Shown: one piece after another, positions 8,785 to 17,936 of the stretch | Position numbering within the stretch: position 1 is the first letter of the stretch | Layout: the number at the start of each line of letters is the position of its first letter | Origin: Candidatus Peregrinibacteria bacterium | Lineage (GTDB): Bacteria; Patescibacteriota; Gracilibacteria; UBA1369; PNNO01 | Assembly: GCA_014728955.1 (NCBI GenBank) | Contig: WJKT01000042.1 | Location: forward strand, 6,211 to 38,210 | Direction: 5' to 3' | Length of the DNA stretch: 32,000 nt | Notes under the pieces: generated by a model | The model's input: only the letters and a program-made list of their open reading frames with translations | Databases searched by the model: none | What the model was told of the DNA's origin: nothing | Made by a program: the position numbers and the translations under genes

Positions 8785-9477
8785 ATGAATATGAATAATC
8801 CGATGCACTCTCAGGGAGAAGCATTATGGACAAATAAAGAAGAAATGACCGCAACATTTTTTGGTAAAGTAATGTTCGCGTTTGCATTGGCTATTTTAGT
8901 CTCTACTCTCGGGGTATGGATTGGATTTTCTTATCTTATAGAAACCTTTGTAAAAACTCCTAATCTTATATGGATTGTATTTATAGCCGAATTGGGACTC
9001 ATTTTTACTTCATCAATGTGGAGTAGAAAAAGACCTCTTAACTATGTTCTTTTTGCATTTTTTGCATTACTTACGGGCATTTCTATTACTCCGTTGCTTC
9101 TTATGGCTGCTATGACGGCTGGAAGTGGTGTTATTGTAAAGGCATTACTTGCAACAGTGCTTATGTTTGGTGCGGCCGGCGCTATAGGATGGACTACAAA
9201 ACGATCGCTCGAAGGAATGCGCGGTTTTTTGTTTATTACACTAATAGGTATGCTGATTGTTGGTATTATCGGCATATTTATCCCATGGGGTAGTAATTTT
9301 GAGATGATTTATTCGGGCATCGGGGTGCTGCTTTTTAGCGGCTATGCTATGTATGATTTTCAAAGGATTAAGAAGTTTCCCGAAGACAGATATATTGATG
9401 CCGCGTTACATTTATATTTGGATATATTTAATTTATTTATCTTTATCCTGAGATTGATTCTAAGTCAACGATCATGA
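8785..9477 (+). CDS. BAX inhibitor-1/YccA family membrane protein
   Basis: About 7 TM segments and the family-typical C-terminus YIDAALHLYLDIFNLFIFILRLI. Confidence 0.8.
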   Translation: MNMNNPMHSQGEALWTNKEEMTATFFGKVMFAFALAILVSTLGVWIGFSYLIETFVKTPNLIWIVFIAELGLIFTSSMWSRKRPLNYVLFAFFALLTGISITPLLLMAAMTAGSGVIVKALLATVLMFGAAGAIGWTTKRSLEGMRGFLFITLIGMLIVGIIGIFIPWGSNFEMIYSGIGVLLFSGYAMYDFQRIKKFPEDRYIDAALHLYLDIFNLFIFILRLILSQRS

Positions 9478-10040
9478 GTATAAAAGGATGTACATTTGAC
9501 GTAGGTGATCTTGTTCGTGGTGAGCAGGGTGTTGCGGTGTCGTTTGATATCAAGCAATCTATTGAAAAAGCCTTTGCTGAAAACGAAAAACCGGTTTCTC
9601 CGTTGCAGGCGACCGTTACCTTTATGAAAATTGCGGAAGGAATTCATGTTTCTCTTAAGAATATGTGCGCGAAATTCCCTTTTATATGTAACAAATGTGG
9701 GAAAGAGTTTGTACGTGAAATTACTGTAAATGATAGGGAAAGAGTATATTTTTTTGAAGAAGATAAAGAGGAGAAGGATATCTTTGATCGCTACCATGTT
9801 GATTTGAAAAACATGACGGTTGATATTACAGAGCTTATAAGACAGGAAATGATCTTGCATTTTCCGACAATTCCAGTATGCTCTAAGAGCTGTAAAGGCC
9901 TTTGCCCAGTGTGCGGAGCAGATTTGAACGACACATCGTGCAGCTGCACTGTGCAGGAAGTTACAGAAGAGAAACCACTCGCTATACTTAAAACGTTATA
10001 TAATGCCAAAGCATCCGGTTCCGAAGAAAAAAACAGCTAA
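9474..10040 (+). CDS. yceD: YceD/DUF177 family protein (large-subunit rRNA accumulation protein)
   Basis: C-terminal CSKSCKGLCPVCGADLNDTSCSC motif and the conserved position directly upstream of rpmF. Confidence 0.8.
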   Translation: MSIKGCTFDVGDLVRGEQGVAVSFDIKQSIEKAFAENEKPVSPLQATVTFMKIAEGIHVSLKNMCAKFPFICNKCGKEFVREITVNDRERVYFFEEDKEEKDIFDRYHVDLKNMTVDITELIRQEMILHFPTIPVCSKSCKGLCPVCGADLNDTSCSCTVQEVTEEKPLAILKTLYNAKASGSEEKNS

Positions 10041-10242
10041 GTCAACCACCAAACGTCGTTATAGTGCGTTTGAAAAGAAGGTGCAAAAGAAACTTGCAGA
10101 TCGCATCCATGTTGTAAAATGTGCGGATTGCGGTGCGGCAAAAATGGTGCATCATGTTTGTCCAGAATGCGGGAAGTATAAAGGGCGACAAGTTGTTGAT
10201 CAGGCGAAAAAAATAGATAAGATTACCACCGTAAAAGCGTAA
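10003..10242 (+). CDS. rpmF: 50S ribosomal protein L32 (zinc-ribbon form)
   Basis: N-terminus HPVPKKKTAKSTTKRRYSA. Cys pairs CADCG...CPECG. Follows yceD and overlaps its 3' end by 38 nt. Confidence 0.9.
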   Translation: MPKHPVPKKKTAKSTTKRRYSAFEKKVQKKLADRIHVVKCADCGAAKMVHHVCPECGKYKGRQVVDQAKKIDKITTVKA

Positions 10243-10251
10243 TTTGAAAAC

Positions 10252-10686
10252 ATGGCCAGTTATCGCCATTTGGCAAGAATTGCAGTAATGCAGACAATCT
10301 TTGAGTATGAATTTGCTCGGAAGGCTGATCCTGAAAAGGATATTAATCCTTCCGGAAAGCTGCTTTACAATATTAAACAACTGTCATCAAAAATAAAAGA
10401 TACCTCTTTTGCCGAGGAAACCTTGCAGGGGGTTATTGATCATCAGAAAAAAATTTACGATATTATTCAAAAAAACGCTCCCGAGTGGCCGGTTGATAAA
10501 GTTGCTCCCGTGGATCGTGCTATTCTTGAAATAGGCGTTTATGAAATCGTGTATTCCGATGATGTCCCTCCTGTTGTTGCCATTAACGAGGCAATTGAAA
10601 TTGCAAAAGTCTACGGTGATACGAATTCCGCCAAGTTCATAAATGGTGTGCTTAGCGCGGTTATGTCCGACCACACCGCTTCATAA
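10252..10686 (+). CDS. nusB: Transcription antitermination factor NusB
   Basis: RHLARIAVMQTIFEYEF at the N-terminus and VDRAILEIGVYEIVY...VPPVVAINEAIEIAKVYGDTNSAKFINGVL, which is the NusB signature. Confidence 0.9.
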   Translation: MASYRHLARIAVMQTIFEYEFARKADPEKDINPSGKLLYNIKQLSSKIKDTSFAEETLQGVIDHQKKIYDIIQKNAPEWPVDKVAPVDRAILEIGVYEIVYSDDVPPVVAINEAIEIAKVYGDTNSAKFINGVLSAVMSDHTAS

Positions 10687-10706
10687 TATATTTTAAAATC
10701 ATATAC

Positions 10707-11408
10707 ATGCCAAATAGATATCAAGAATTGGAAAAACAAATAGGGATAACTTTCGAGAACAAAACCTTACTTGATACCGCCTTTGTGCATAAATCATTTA
10801 TGAATGAATATCATAAAGACGATAAAGAAGATAATGAGCGCCTCGAATTTTTGGGGGATGCTGTTCTTGAGCTTACCGTTACCGAGTATCTATACAAAAC
10901 GTATCCAAAAAAAGATGAAGGCCAGTTAACCAATTGGCGGTCTGCATTAGTAAAAGGAGAGCATCTCGCCGAAGTGGGGAAAGAGCTGAATTTGGGGACG
11001 TATTTATATTTGAGCCACGGAGAAGAAAGATCGGGAGGAAGAAAGAAAAATTATATTTTGGCAAATACCGTAGAGGCTGTCATTGGAGCGCTTTATTTAG
11101 ATAAAGGGTATCGTGTGACACATACATTCATTTCTAAATATATTATTACCAAGTTAGAAAAAATTCTCGAAAAAGGTCTTCATATAGATGCAAAATCACA
11201 TTTGCAAGAATTGTCACAAGAGAAGCTTTCCATTACTCCCGAATATAAACTTCTCAGCGAAAGCGGACCGGATCATGCAAAACGTTTTGTTATGGCAGTC
11301 TTTTTTGGAAATGATAAAGTAGGTAAAGGAGAAGGAAGTAGTAAGCAAAATGCCGAAGAAGATGCGGCTCGTAATGCGCTTGCCGAAATTAATTGGGAAA
11401 AACACTAG
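10707..11408 (+). CDS. rnc: Ribonuclease III
   Basis: RNase III signature ERLEFLGDAVLELTVTEYLY and a C-terminal dsRBD (GPDHAKRF...GEGSSKQNAEEDAARNAL). Confidence 0.95.
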   Translation: MPNRYQELEKQIGITFENKTLLDTAFVHKSFMNEYHKDDKEDNERLEFLGDAVLELTVTEYLYKTYPKKDEGQLTNWRSALVKGEHLAEVGKELNLGTYLYLSHGEERSGGRKKNYILANTVEAVIGALYLDKGYRVTHTFISKYIITKLEKILEKGLHIDAKSHLQELSQEKLSITPEYKLLSESGPDHAKRFVMAVFFGNDKVGKGEGSSKQNAEEDAARNALAEINWEKH

Positions 11409-11414
11409 ACGCGT

Positions 11415-11831
11415 ATGATGATGCATGAGAAATCGTGTGGACTGGTGGTGTACCACAAAAATCTTCATGGGGAGATTGTTTTTTTACTTCTTCATTATCC
11501 CGAAGGGCATTGGGAATTTCCAAAAGGACATGTAGAATCTGATGAAAATGAAAAACAAACGGCATTACGTGAGGTGCAGGAAGAAACCGGTATACAAAAA
11601 GTACATTTTGTTGATGGATTTAAAGAAACAATAGAGTATAGATTCACCCGTAAAGCAACGGTTATCAACAAAGTGGTAACATTTTTTCTTGCGCGCGTGG
11701 ACGCAATGAATATTTCACTTTCTCATGAGCATAAAGCATATAAATGGTTGCCTTTTGACGAAGCGATTAAAACGGTAACCTTTGAAAATGCTCGAAATAT
11801 TTTAAAAAAAGCAAAGCAATTTCTTGCTTGA
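11415..11831 (+). CDS. NUDIX hydrolase (Ap4A-hydrolase-like)
   Basis: Nudix box GHWEFPKGHVESDENEKQTALREVQEETGI (G-x5-E-x7-REUxEExGU). Confidence 0.85.
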   Translation: MMMHEKSCGLVVYHKNLHGEIVFLLLHYPEGHWEFPKGHVESDENEKQTALREVQEETGIQKVHFVDGFKETIEYRFTRKATVINKVVTFFLARVDAMNISLSHEHKAYKWLPFDEAIKTVTFENARNILKKAKQFLA

Positions 11832-11887
11832 GCGACTCTTTTTTTCTATAGTGGGCATAGGTAATTTATCCCTTAATAATATATATA

Positions 11888-13369
11888 ATGCGCGTATCGT
11901 ATTCTAAAGCACCGAGTGCTAAGCCTGACATGCTTGTTTGTCCCGTTTTCGATCATGGAAAAAAGAAAAGTATCGACCATCCGGCAGTAAGAAAAGCTGT
12001 GGGAAAAATGAAGAAAGATAAGTTGTTTCAAGCTAAGAACGGTACGAGTGTTATGCTATATCCTTCTTCAAAGAATCTGCCGAAACGATTACTTGTTATT
12101 GGTCTGGGAAAGAAATCAAAAGCGTCTGAGACGAAGGTACGTAATACGTTGGCGAAACTATTAAAGGGATATCAAAAAAAAGATATTAATTCTATTGCAC
12201 TGCTTACGTGTACGGATATTAATCAGTACTTGCAGGCGGTTGTTGAAGGAATGTTGCTTATTAATTACAATCCCGCCCAATATAAGACGGGAAAAAATCG
12301 TAAAAAAGTGCAGGAAACGTTATTTAAATCATTAACCATTGTTGGATCTGATATTACTGCTGATGAGAGGAAAGCGGTTAAAAGAGCACAAGTGCTGAGC
12401 GAATCGGTTGACGTTGTGCGTGATCTGGTTAATGGAGCGCCTAATCATATTACTGTCGATGCATTTGCGGATAAGGCTAAAAAAATTGCAAAAAAGAACA
12501 AATATTCGATAAAAGTATATAACAAATCGTGGATTACCAAAAAAGGTATGGGGGCCCTACTTAGTGTAAACAGTGGTTCGGGCAGTAAGTCTGCACGATT
12601 GGTGGTTATGGAATATAAGCCGAAAAAGAAATCAAAAAAAGCCCCTATTTTATTGGTAGGGAAGGGGCTGATTTTTGATGCAGGAGGGTATAATCTAAAG
12701 CCCTCAAAATATATTGAAGATATGCATCAGGATAAGGCGGGAGGATCCTTGGTTGTTGGTGTTTTCAATGCGCTAAAAGCATTAAATATTAATCGCCGTG
12801 TTATCGGGATTGTTCCGTTAACGGAAAATTTAATCGATGCGGATGCTCAAAAACCATCGGATGTCGTTACCAGTTATTCAGGGAAAACCGTTGAAATACG
12901 AAATACCGATGCGGAAGGAAGAATGATTTTAGCTGATGCGCTTACGTATGGTATTGAAACATATAAACCTGAGTATACTATTGATTTTGCAACATTGACG
13001 GGAGCATGTGTTGTTGCTCTTGGTGATAGATATGCAGGGTTGATGGGGAATAATGAATCATTGGTAGAGAAGATTAAAAAAGCCGGTGATAATACCGATG
13101 AACTTGCATGGAAAATGCCGATTCATGATGATTTTAGAGAAGCAATGAAAGGAAAGGTTGCCGATTTGCGAAATATTGATGATGAGACCAGTAGTATGGC
13201 GGGTGCTTCAAAGGCTGCCGCTTTTCTGGAGCATTTTGTGGGAAAGAATAAATGGGCTCATCTGGATATAGCGGGCGTTGCCTATAATAAAAAACCGAAA
13301 GATATCGATCACCCCTTTGCAACCGGATATGGTGTGCGGATGATGATCGACTTTTTAGAGAATTGCTAA
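11888..13369 (+). CDS. pepA: Leucyl aminopeptidase (M17 family)
   Basis: VGKGLIFDAGGYNLKP and the M17 signature NTDAEGRMILADAL. Confidence 0.9.
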   Translation: MRVSYSKAPSAKPDMLVCPVFDHGKKKSIDHPAVRKAVGKMKKDKLFQAKNGTSVMLYPSSKNLPKRLLVIGLGKKSKASETKVRNTLAKLLKGYQKKDINSIALLTCTDINQYLQAVVEGMLLINYNPAQYKTGKNRKKVQETLFKSLTIVGSDITADERKAVKRAQVLSESVDVVRDLVNGAPNHITVDAFADKAKKIAKKNKYSIKVYNKSWITKKGMGALLSVNSGSGSKSARLVVMEYKPKKKSKKAPILLVGKGLIFDAGGYNLKPSKYIEDMHQDKAGGSLVVGVFNALKALNINRRVIGIVPLTENLIDADAQKPSDVVTSYSGKTVEIRNTDAEGRMILADALTYGIETYKPEYTIDFATLTGACVVALGDRYAGLMGNNESLVEKIKKAGDNTDELAWKMPIHDDFREAMKGKVADLRNIDDETSSMAGASKAAAFLEHFVGKNKWAHLDIAGVAYNKKPKDIDHPFATGYGVRMMIDFLENC

Positions 13370-13400
13370 AAAAGCATGTAATTGTCGTTTGGTTCTCAGT

Positions 13401-13895
13401 TTACACCGACCATTTTTTAAGTACGGGATTCGCATCGTGCGGATACTCTATACTTGGTCCTTTTTCAACTACAATGCCTCGATCTTTTAAAATATCAAAT
13501 TGAGGAATAACTTCAGGATAGCCTTCTTGGAAGACAACACGTTTTATACCGGATTCGGCAATAAGGCTTGAACATACACGACATGGATGTTTTGTGCAGT
13601 ATATAGTTGCTCCTTTTACTGAAATTCCTTTTTTTGCAGCACGTGCCAGGCACCATTGTTCAGCACATAAACCGTAACATATTTCTCGTCGTTGCCCGGA
13701 GATGATATCCATTTTATCCCGTATACACCGCAATCGTGTGCAGTCGTATTCCGGATGCCAATCATTGGTATGCTTAACAATAATAGAGCCATCTTTGACA
13801 ATTGCTGCTGCAATATTGGCTCGGAGGCAGCGGGCGTTAGGTTCCATTTCATCAATAATGCGTAAAAATTTTTTATCTTCTTTGGAAATGGCCAT
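13401..13895 (-). CDS. Cytidine/deoxycytidylate deaminase family protein (dCMP-deaminase/ComEB-like)
   Basis: Zinc motifs CAEQ (where dCMP deaminases usually have HAE) and HPCRVCSSLI (PCxxC). 164 aa. Confidence 0.75.
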   Translation of the reverse strand: MAISKEDKKFLRIIDEMEPNARCLRANIAAAIVKDGSIIVKHTNDWHPEYDCTRLRCIRDKMDIISGQRREICYGLCAEQWCLARAAKKGISVKGATIYCTKHPCRVCSSLIAESGIKRVVFQEGYPEVIPQFDILKDRGIVVEKGPSIEYPHDANPVLKKWSV

Positions 13896-13982
13896 AACAA
13901 AAGCTGTTTATAAAACTAGTGCACAATAATGCTACCAATTTTAAGTATAGCAATATTTGCTAGAAGGTGAAATACAGCTATG

Positions 13983-14156
13983 TTATTTTTCTTTTCCACC
14001 GCAGAAACAAACCGGCAGAATCATCATAATACCCAGAATGATAAACAGTAGCGGAAGGTAAGGTGCAATACCAAGCTGGATCATTTGTAGGTTTTCCAGA
14101 AGGAATAAGATCCCTCCGACAATAAGAATGATCCCTTTACAATAACAGTCATTCAT
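13983..14156 (-). CDS. Small membrane protein, 57 aa, two TM segments (below the ORF-track cutoff)
   Basis: Hand translation of the minus strand gives MNDCYCKGIILIVGGILFLLENLQMIQLGIAPYLPLLFIILGIMMILPVCFCGGKEK*. It fills the gap between the deaminase and nrnA-like genes on the same strand. It is hydrophobic with Cys clusters at both ends. Confidence 0.4.
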   Translation of the reverse strand: MNDCYCKGIILIVGGILFLLENLQMIQLGIAPYLPLLFIILGIMMILPVCFCGGKEK

Positions 14157-14231
14157 ATAAAAAAAGATAAGAGGCTTCGTGAGTGATTATATCGCCGTGT
14201 AAACTCTGCGTCAACAAAAGTTTTCTTCAGT

Positions 14232-15191
14232 TTAATCTTGGGGCTCTATTTTCCACGTTTCTTGTGCTACGATTTTTCCCGGAATAGTAAATCCGGCAGC
14301 TTTTTTATGTCCGCCTCCACCAAATTGCTCACATAAAGCGGAAACATCAATGTCATCTTTTCCGGCTCGCATAGACCCCTGAATATTACCGTGGATATCT
14401 TCCGAAAGGAGTATGGTCATACGTGCTTCGCGGGCACAATTTAAATAATTGATTACCCCGGCGAGTTCTCGAGAGCTGGCCTTGGTTTCTTCAAGTTCTT
14501 GTGTACTGATTTTGGATACAAGTGTTCCTTTATCGTTAAGACGTGCATTTGAAAGTACCGTTCCCCAAAGTCGTAATTGCTCAACAGAGTGGGTATTAAA
14601 TAGTTTTTTTGCAATTTTTTGGGTTTTAGCACCTTTTTTTTGTAGTTCTCCTGCTGTTTTTAGTGTTTCTTGTGTTGTGTTGGAATGCATAAAACTTCCT
14701 GTGTCGTTGTATATGCCGGCGAGCAGACAAGTAGCAATATGGCTGCTATATGAAAGATGTGTCGCTTCAAAAAGATGATATAAGATTTCCGTAGTTGATG
14801 CTGCATGAGGATTAATAATAGTTATATTTCCATAGCGAGTATTGGTTGTATGGTGATCAATATTAATAACGGGAATATTTTTTTCTTCTATGACATCTGG
14901 AAATTTTGTTTGTTCGGGAGTGCTGCAATCAAGAGCAATAATACAGTCGGTTTGTGATGGTATTTTTTTACGTATGGTGTGATTTTGTTTTAAAAAAAGT
15001 AACGATTCGGGCAAAGGATCGGCGCAGACACAGGTGAATGAGCCTGGATACTGCTTGTTAAGTACATACTGCATAGCAAGAGCCGACCCGATGGTGTCGG
15101 CATCCGGGTGTCGATGTGAGAGAAGAGTACAATGATTTGAGTTCTCAATTGTTTTAAGCGCTTTTTTAAATGTGGATATAAGGGTTTTCAT
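14232..15191 (-). CDS. nrnA: DHH/DHHA1 phosphoesterase (NrnA-like oligoribonuclease/pAp phosphatase)
   Basis: Motifs HRHPDADTIGSALA, ALDCS, NIDHHTTN (DHH) and DHHA1 GGGGHKKAAGF. Confidence 0.85.
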   Translation of the reverse strand: MKTLISTFKKALKTIENSNHCTLLSHRHPDADTIGSALAMQYVLNKQYPGSFTCVCADPLPESLLFLKQNHTIRKKIPSQTDCIIALDCSTPEQTKFPDVIEEKNIPVINIDHHTTNTRYGNITIINPHAASTTEILYHLFEATHLSYSSHIATCLLAGIYNDTGSFMHSNTTQETLKTAGELQKKGAKTQKIAKKLFNTHSVEQLRLWGTVLSNARLNDKGTLVSKISTQELEETKASSRELAGVINYLNCAREARMTILLSEDIHGNIQGSMRAGKDDIDVSALCEQFGGGGHKKAAGFTIPGKIVAQETWKIEPQD

Positions 15192-15242
15192 GTCGTAAAC
15201 AAAGGAAAAAGACTATCGTAAGCGCGCAATTAAAAACGATAT

Positions 15243-15281
15243 TAAAAAGTAGAAGACCTTTCTATTATGAGAAAGGTCTTC
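15243..15281 (-). terminator. Rho-independent terminator after RuBisCO
   Basis: A 12-bp perfect stem, GAAGACCTTTCT (15252-15263) with AGAAAGGTCTTC (15270-15281), and a 6-nt loop. On the minus strand it is followed by CTACTTTTTAA. It lies 56 nt past the RuBisCO stop. Confidence 0.65.
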
Positions 15282-15336
15282 ATTATAAAGGGCTGATTAT
15301 TTCCTGCAAGAAGCTACACTTGCACAGGGACGGTAA

Positions 15337-16638
15337 TTATGTTCCCCACGTGTCTAGGGCTTCTTGTAATGCCTTATGTGATTGCGCATATTCTTTTAGA
15401 GGGGTATCGGACATAGCAGCATGTACCGCTTGCATAATAGCTTGTGCTCCCATTGCGGTGCCGCCCGGATGGCCATGACATCCTCCGCCCATTTGACAGA
15501 CGATATCTTTTCCCATTGCTTTAACAACATGAGGAATTTTCCCGGGATATAATCCGCCTGAAGCTACAGCAACAACCGGTTTCATCCCATACCATTCCTG
15601 GCCGAGGGTTTCCATTTCTTTGTTTGGTTCAACGCTATCTTTTTCGAGCGCTTCCACAATAACCATGGTTTCTTTTTCGCCTCCTTCCATTTTCCCTGCA
15701 CCGGCGGTTCCGGTATGAAGAAGGTCGACGCCAAGCATACGATACACTTTTGCCAGAACAAGCATTGAAATGGTAAATCCCGGCTGGCGTGTAATTGCTC
15801 CGTGCATAGCTCGGTGTGCGTGAATAATTTGTCCGGTGTTTTTTCGTCTATACGTTTCCACCGCCGAAAAACCGAGGGTGACAACATCAAGCATACAAAC
15901 CTCACCACCGTGCTTTTTCACTACATCGCTTCGTCGCATCATCTCATCAAAATGTGAATGAGTAATATTAGCAAGATATATTTTTTTGTGCCCCGTTTCT
16001 TGTTCGGCTTTATCTCTCATTTTAAATGTTAGTTTTATTCGCGTGTCAAAATCATTAAATGATTGTGATGTAAGATTCTCATCATCTTTTACAATATCAA
16101 GTCCTTCTCCTTCGTTCCCCGACCAGGCCTGATAGCCAACTTTAGCATGCTGCTCACTGGTAAGTCCTACTTTTGGTTTAATAATTGTTCCGGTAAAAGG
16201 ACGGTCGTGTACATCCGCAATAGCCCGAACTCCTTCGATTCCGTGAGCGGGACCCGGAAATTTTTCAATAATGTCCTTGGGGAATCTGATATCGCAAACT
16301 CTCAAACTTTCCAAAATTTTCATGCCGAGAATATTTCCGCAAATTGACGATAATATGCCCGACATATTGCTAACCTCAAAAAGACCTATTGGGTAGGCGA
16401 TAGTAGCTAATTCCCGCTCTTTGTCGATAGAAATAACGTGCGGTTTTAATTGATGTGCGATTTTCTCGTTCATTGTTGAAATTTTTGTCCATGTACCTAT
16501 TGATGATTCCGCGGCGAGTTGTTCAGCGGCTTCTTCGTACGATACGCCTTGTTTTGGCGTATATTTGTACAAGCAGACGACATCGCTTTCCGCCGGCTTA
16601 TAATCGGGATCATAGTAATTGATTTGTTCGTATTGCAT
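15337..16638 (-). CDS. rbcL: RuBisCO large subunit, form III-like (archaeal/CPR type; form III versus II/III not resolvable by eye)
   Basis: AAESSIGTWT, GTIIKPKVGL, the carbamylation-site VKDDENL, IHAHRAMHGA, GTAGAGKMEGG, ASGGLYPG and QMGGGCHGHPGG all align with the Thermococcus form III enzyme as I recall it. No small subunit or phosphoribulokinase (PRK) gene is nearby. Confidence 0.9.
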   Translation of the reverse strand: MQYEQINYYDPDYKPAESDVVCLYKYTPKQGVSYEEAAEQLAAESSIGTWTKISTMNEKIAHQLKPHVISIDKERELATIAYPIGLFEVSNMSGILSSICGNILGMKILESLRVCDIRFPKDIIEKFPGPAHGIEGVRAIADVHDRPFTGTIIKPKVGLTSEQHAKVGYQAWSGNEGEGLDIVKDDENLTSQSFNDFDTRIKLTFKMRDKAEQETGHKKIYLANITHSHFDEMMRRSDVVKKHGGEVCMLDVVTLGFSAVETYRRKNTGQIIHAHRAMHGAITRQPGFTISMLVLAKVYRMLGVDLLHTGTAGAGKMEGGEKETMVIVEALEKDSVEPNKEMETLGQEWYGMKPVVAVASGGLYPGKIPHVVKAMGKDIVCQMGGGCHGHPGGTAMGAQAIMQAVHAAMSDTPLKEYAQSHKALQEALDTWGT

Positions 16639-16734
16639 ACCAAAAATGGTTATAGATTACAGAGTGATAATTGATATTATTATACTATAAAAAGAGGCAA
16701 CTGTCACATCCTGTAATGATGATAAGGAATGACG

Positions 16735-17628
16735 TTATGGACGCTTTTTGATTTCGCGTTCCTGAAACTGATTGCCGGTAATAACAATGTAAACAATAGC
16801 AAAATACGGTATTGCAATAGGAAGAAAGCTTGCGCCGCCAACCAAAATGGTGAGTAGTAGTCCAATGGCAATAATAGAAGAAATAAAGCGTTCCAGAACG
16901 CCCAAAGCAAGGAGTAATCCTATAAGAATACCAAAGATGCCGGTATTAAAAATTAACAGCTCATGAGAGAAATTTTGTAAGCCGAAGATGCTTTGCATAA
17001 TGTTGAGAAGTGGCCTTTCAGCAAGGAATTGTATTGCCGGGTCCGGATTAAGTATATGATGATGGAGGAAAATCATAATAAGTCCTGCGCCGGTAATAAA
17101 ACGTAAAATCGGGAAAGCGTATTTCCGATAACGATCTAAAAATGACTGTTTGTCGACCGGATGAAAGAAAAAGGTGAAGCTAAGAACGTCACGATGAATA
17201 ATAAACAAGAAGATCCCGATTCCTAAAAAGACTGAATAATCAAGTACTTTAAGTGGCGGGAAGAAAAAGAATCCGCCGATAAAAAGTGCGATAATACCAA
17301 TGGTGCACAGGCGGGTAAATGTGCCGAGAATAAGGCCGAGACCGATAATGATTTGTGCGTAGCTGAAAATGGTATGGGCAAGACTGTCATGTAAAGCTAT
17401 GCCCGGAGCAAACAGATAGTTTTGAAAACCACTAACAATAAGTAGTATTCCAACGGCAATAGAAAGCACGGTAGCATCCAAAAAAGCGCCGGAGCGTAAT
17501 ATTTCGGCCAATTTTTGTATTGCATTGTTTTTTCGTGCACCATATTCAACAAAAAGTGCCGTCAAAAAAAGAAAAACGGCGACAACTGTTGGTACGATAT
17601 ACCAAGCCAATGAGCTGTTTTCAGTCAT
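16735..17628 (-). CDS. Polytopic membrane protein (~8 TM), unknown function; faint DoxX-like character
   Basis: Hydrophobic throughout. Starts 20 nt after the ferredoxin stop and ends 96 nt before the RuBisCO start on the same strand. No firm family motif. Confidence 0.7.
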   Translation of the reverse strand: MTENSSLAWYIVPTVVAVFLFLTALFVEYGARKNNAIQKLAEILRSGAFLDATVLSIAVGILLIVSGFQNYLFAPGIALHDSLAHTIFSYAQIIIGLGLILGTFTRLCTIGIIALFIGGFFFFPPLKVLDYSVFLGIGIFLFIIHRDVLSFTFFFHPVDKQSFLDRYRKYAFPILRFITGAGLIMIFLHHHILNPDPAIQFLAERPLLNIMQSIFGLQNFSHELLIFNTGIFGILIGLLLALGVLERFISSIIAIGLLLTILVGGASFLPIAIPYFAIVYIVITGNQFQEREIKKRP

Positions 17629-17648
17629 ACAAAAAGGTGTGAAGTTAT

Positions 17649-17837
17649 TTATTCTTTCCAGCTGATAGCTGAAACAGGGCAGGCATCGATAGCCGATTGA
17701 ATTTTTTCTTCATCATCACCGGTAGGATTGACGGCTTTTGATTTACCGTTATCTTGCATTTCAAAAACTTTTGGACATAGTTGTACGCAAAGGCCACATC
17801 CTATGCACGTATCTTGATCAACGTGGGCAGCTTTCAT
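17649..17837 (-). CDS. Small single-cluster [4Fe-4S]/[3Fe-4S] ferredoxin (62 aa)
   Basis: MKAAHVDQDTCIGCGLCVQLCP....ACPVSAISW has the CxxCxxC...CP pattern of Thermotoga/Pyrococcus-type ferredoxins. I place the start at Met37 of the track ORF (ATG at 17837); the upstream extension is AT-rich and implausible. Confidence 0.8.
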   Translation of the reverse strand: MKAAHVDQDTCIGCGLCVQLCPKVFEMQDNGKSKAVNPTGDDEEKIQSAIDACPVSAISWKE

Positions 17838-17936
17838 GAAAACCAGGTTAATTAATAAACATTTCTTCAGAATAATAAAATTATATTTAATTTTAAGCAA
17901 GTTTTCATTACTATAAAACTGTAACAACAATGTATT

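Noticed and set aside
10003-10040. The 38-nt yceD/rpmF overlap as a possible frameshift or pseudogene
   Set aside because: Both reading frames are complete with family-typical termini, and the overlap fits the compact gene packing seen elsewhere in the window.
15337-16638. Calvin-cycle (form I/II) RuBisCO
   Set aside because: The sequence aligns best with archaeal form III as recalled (AAESS.GTWT, length ~433 aa). The window has no small subunit, PRK or carboxysome genes.
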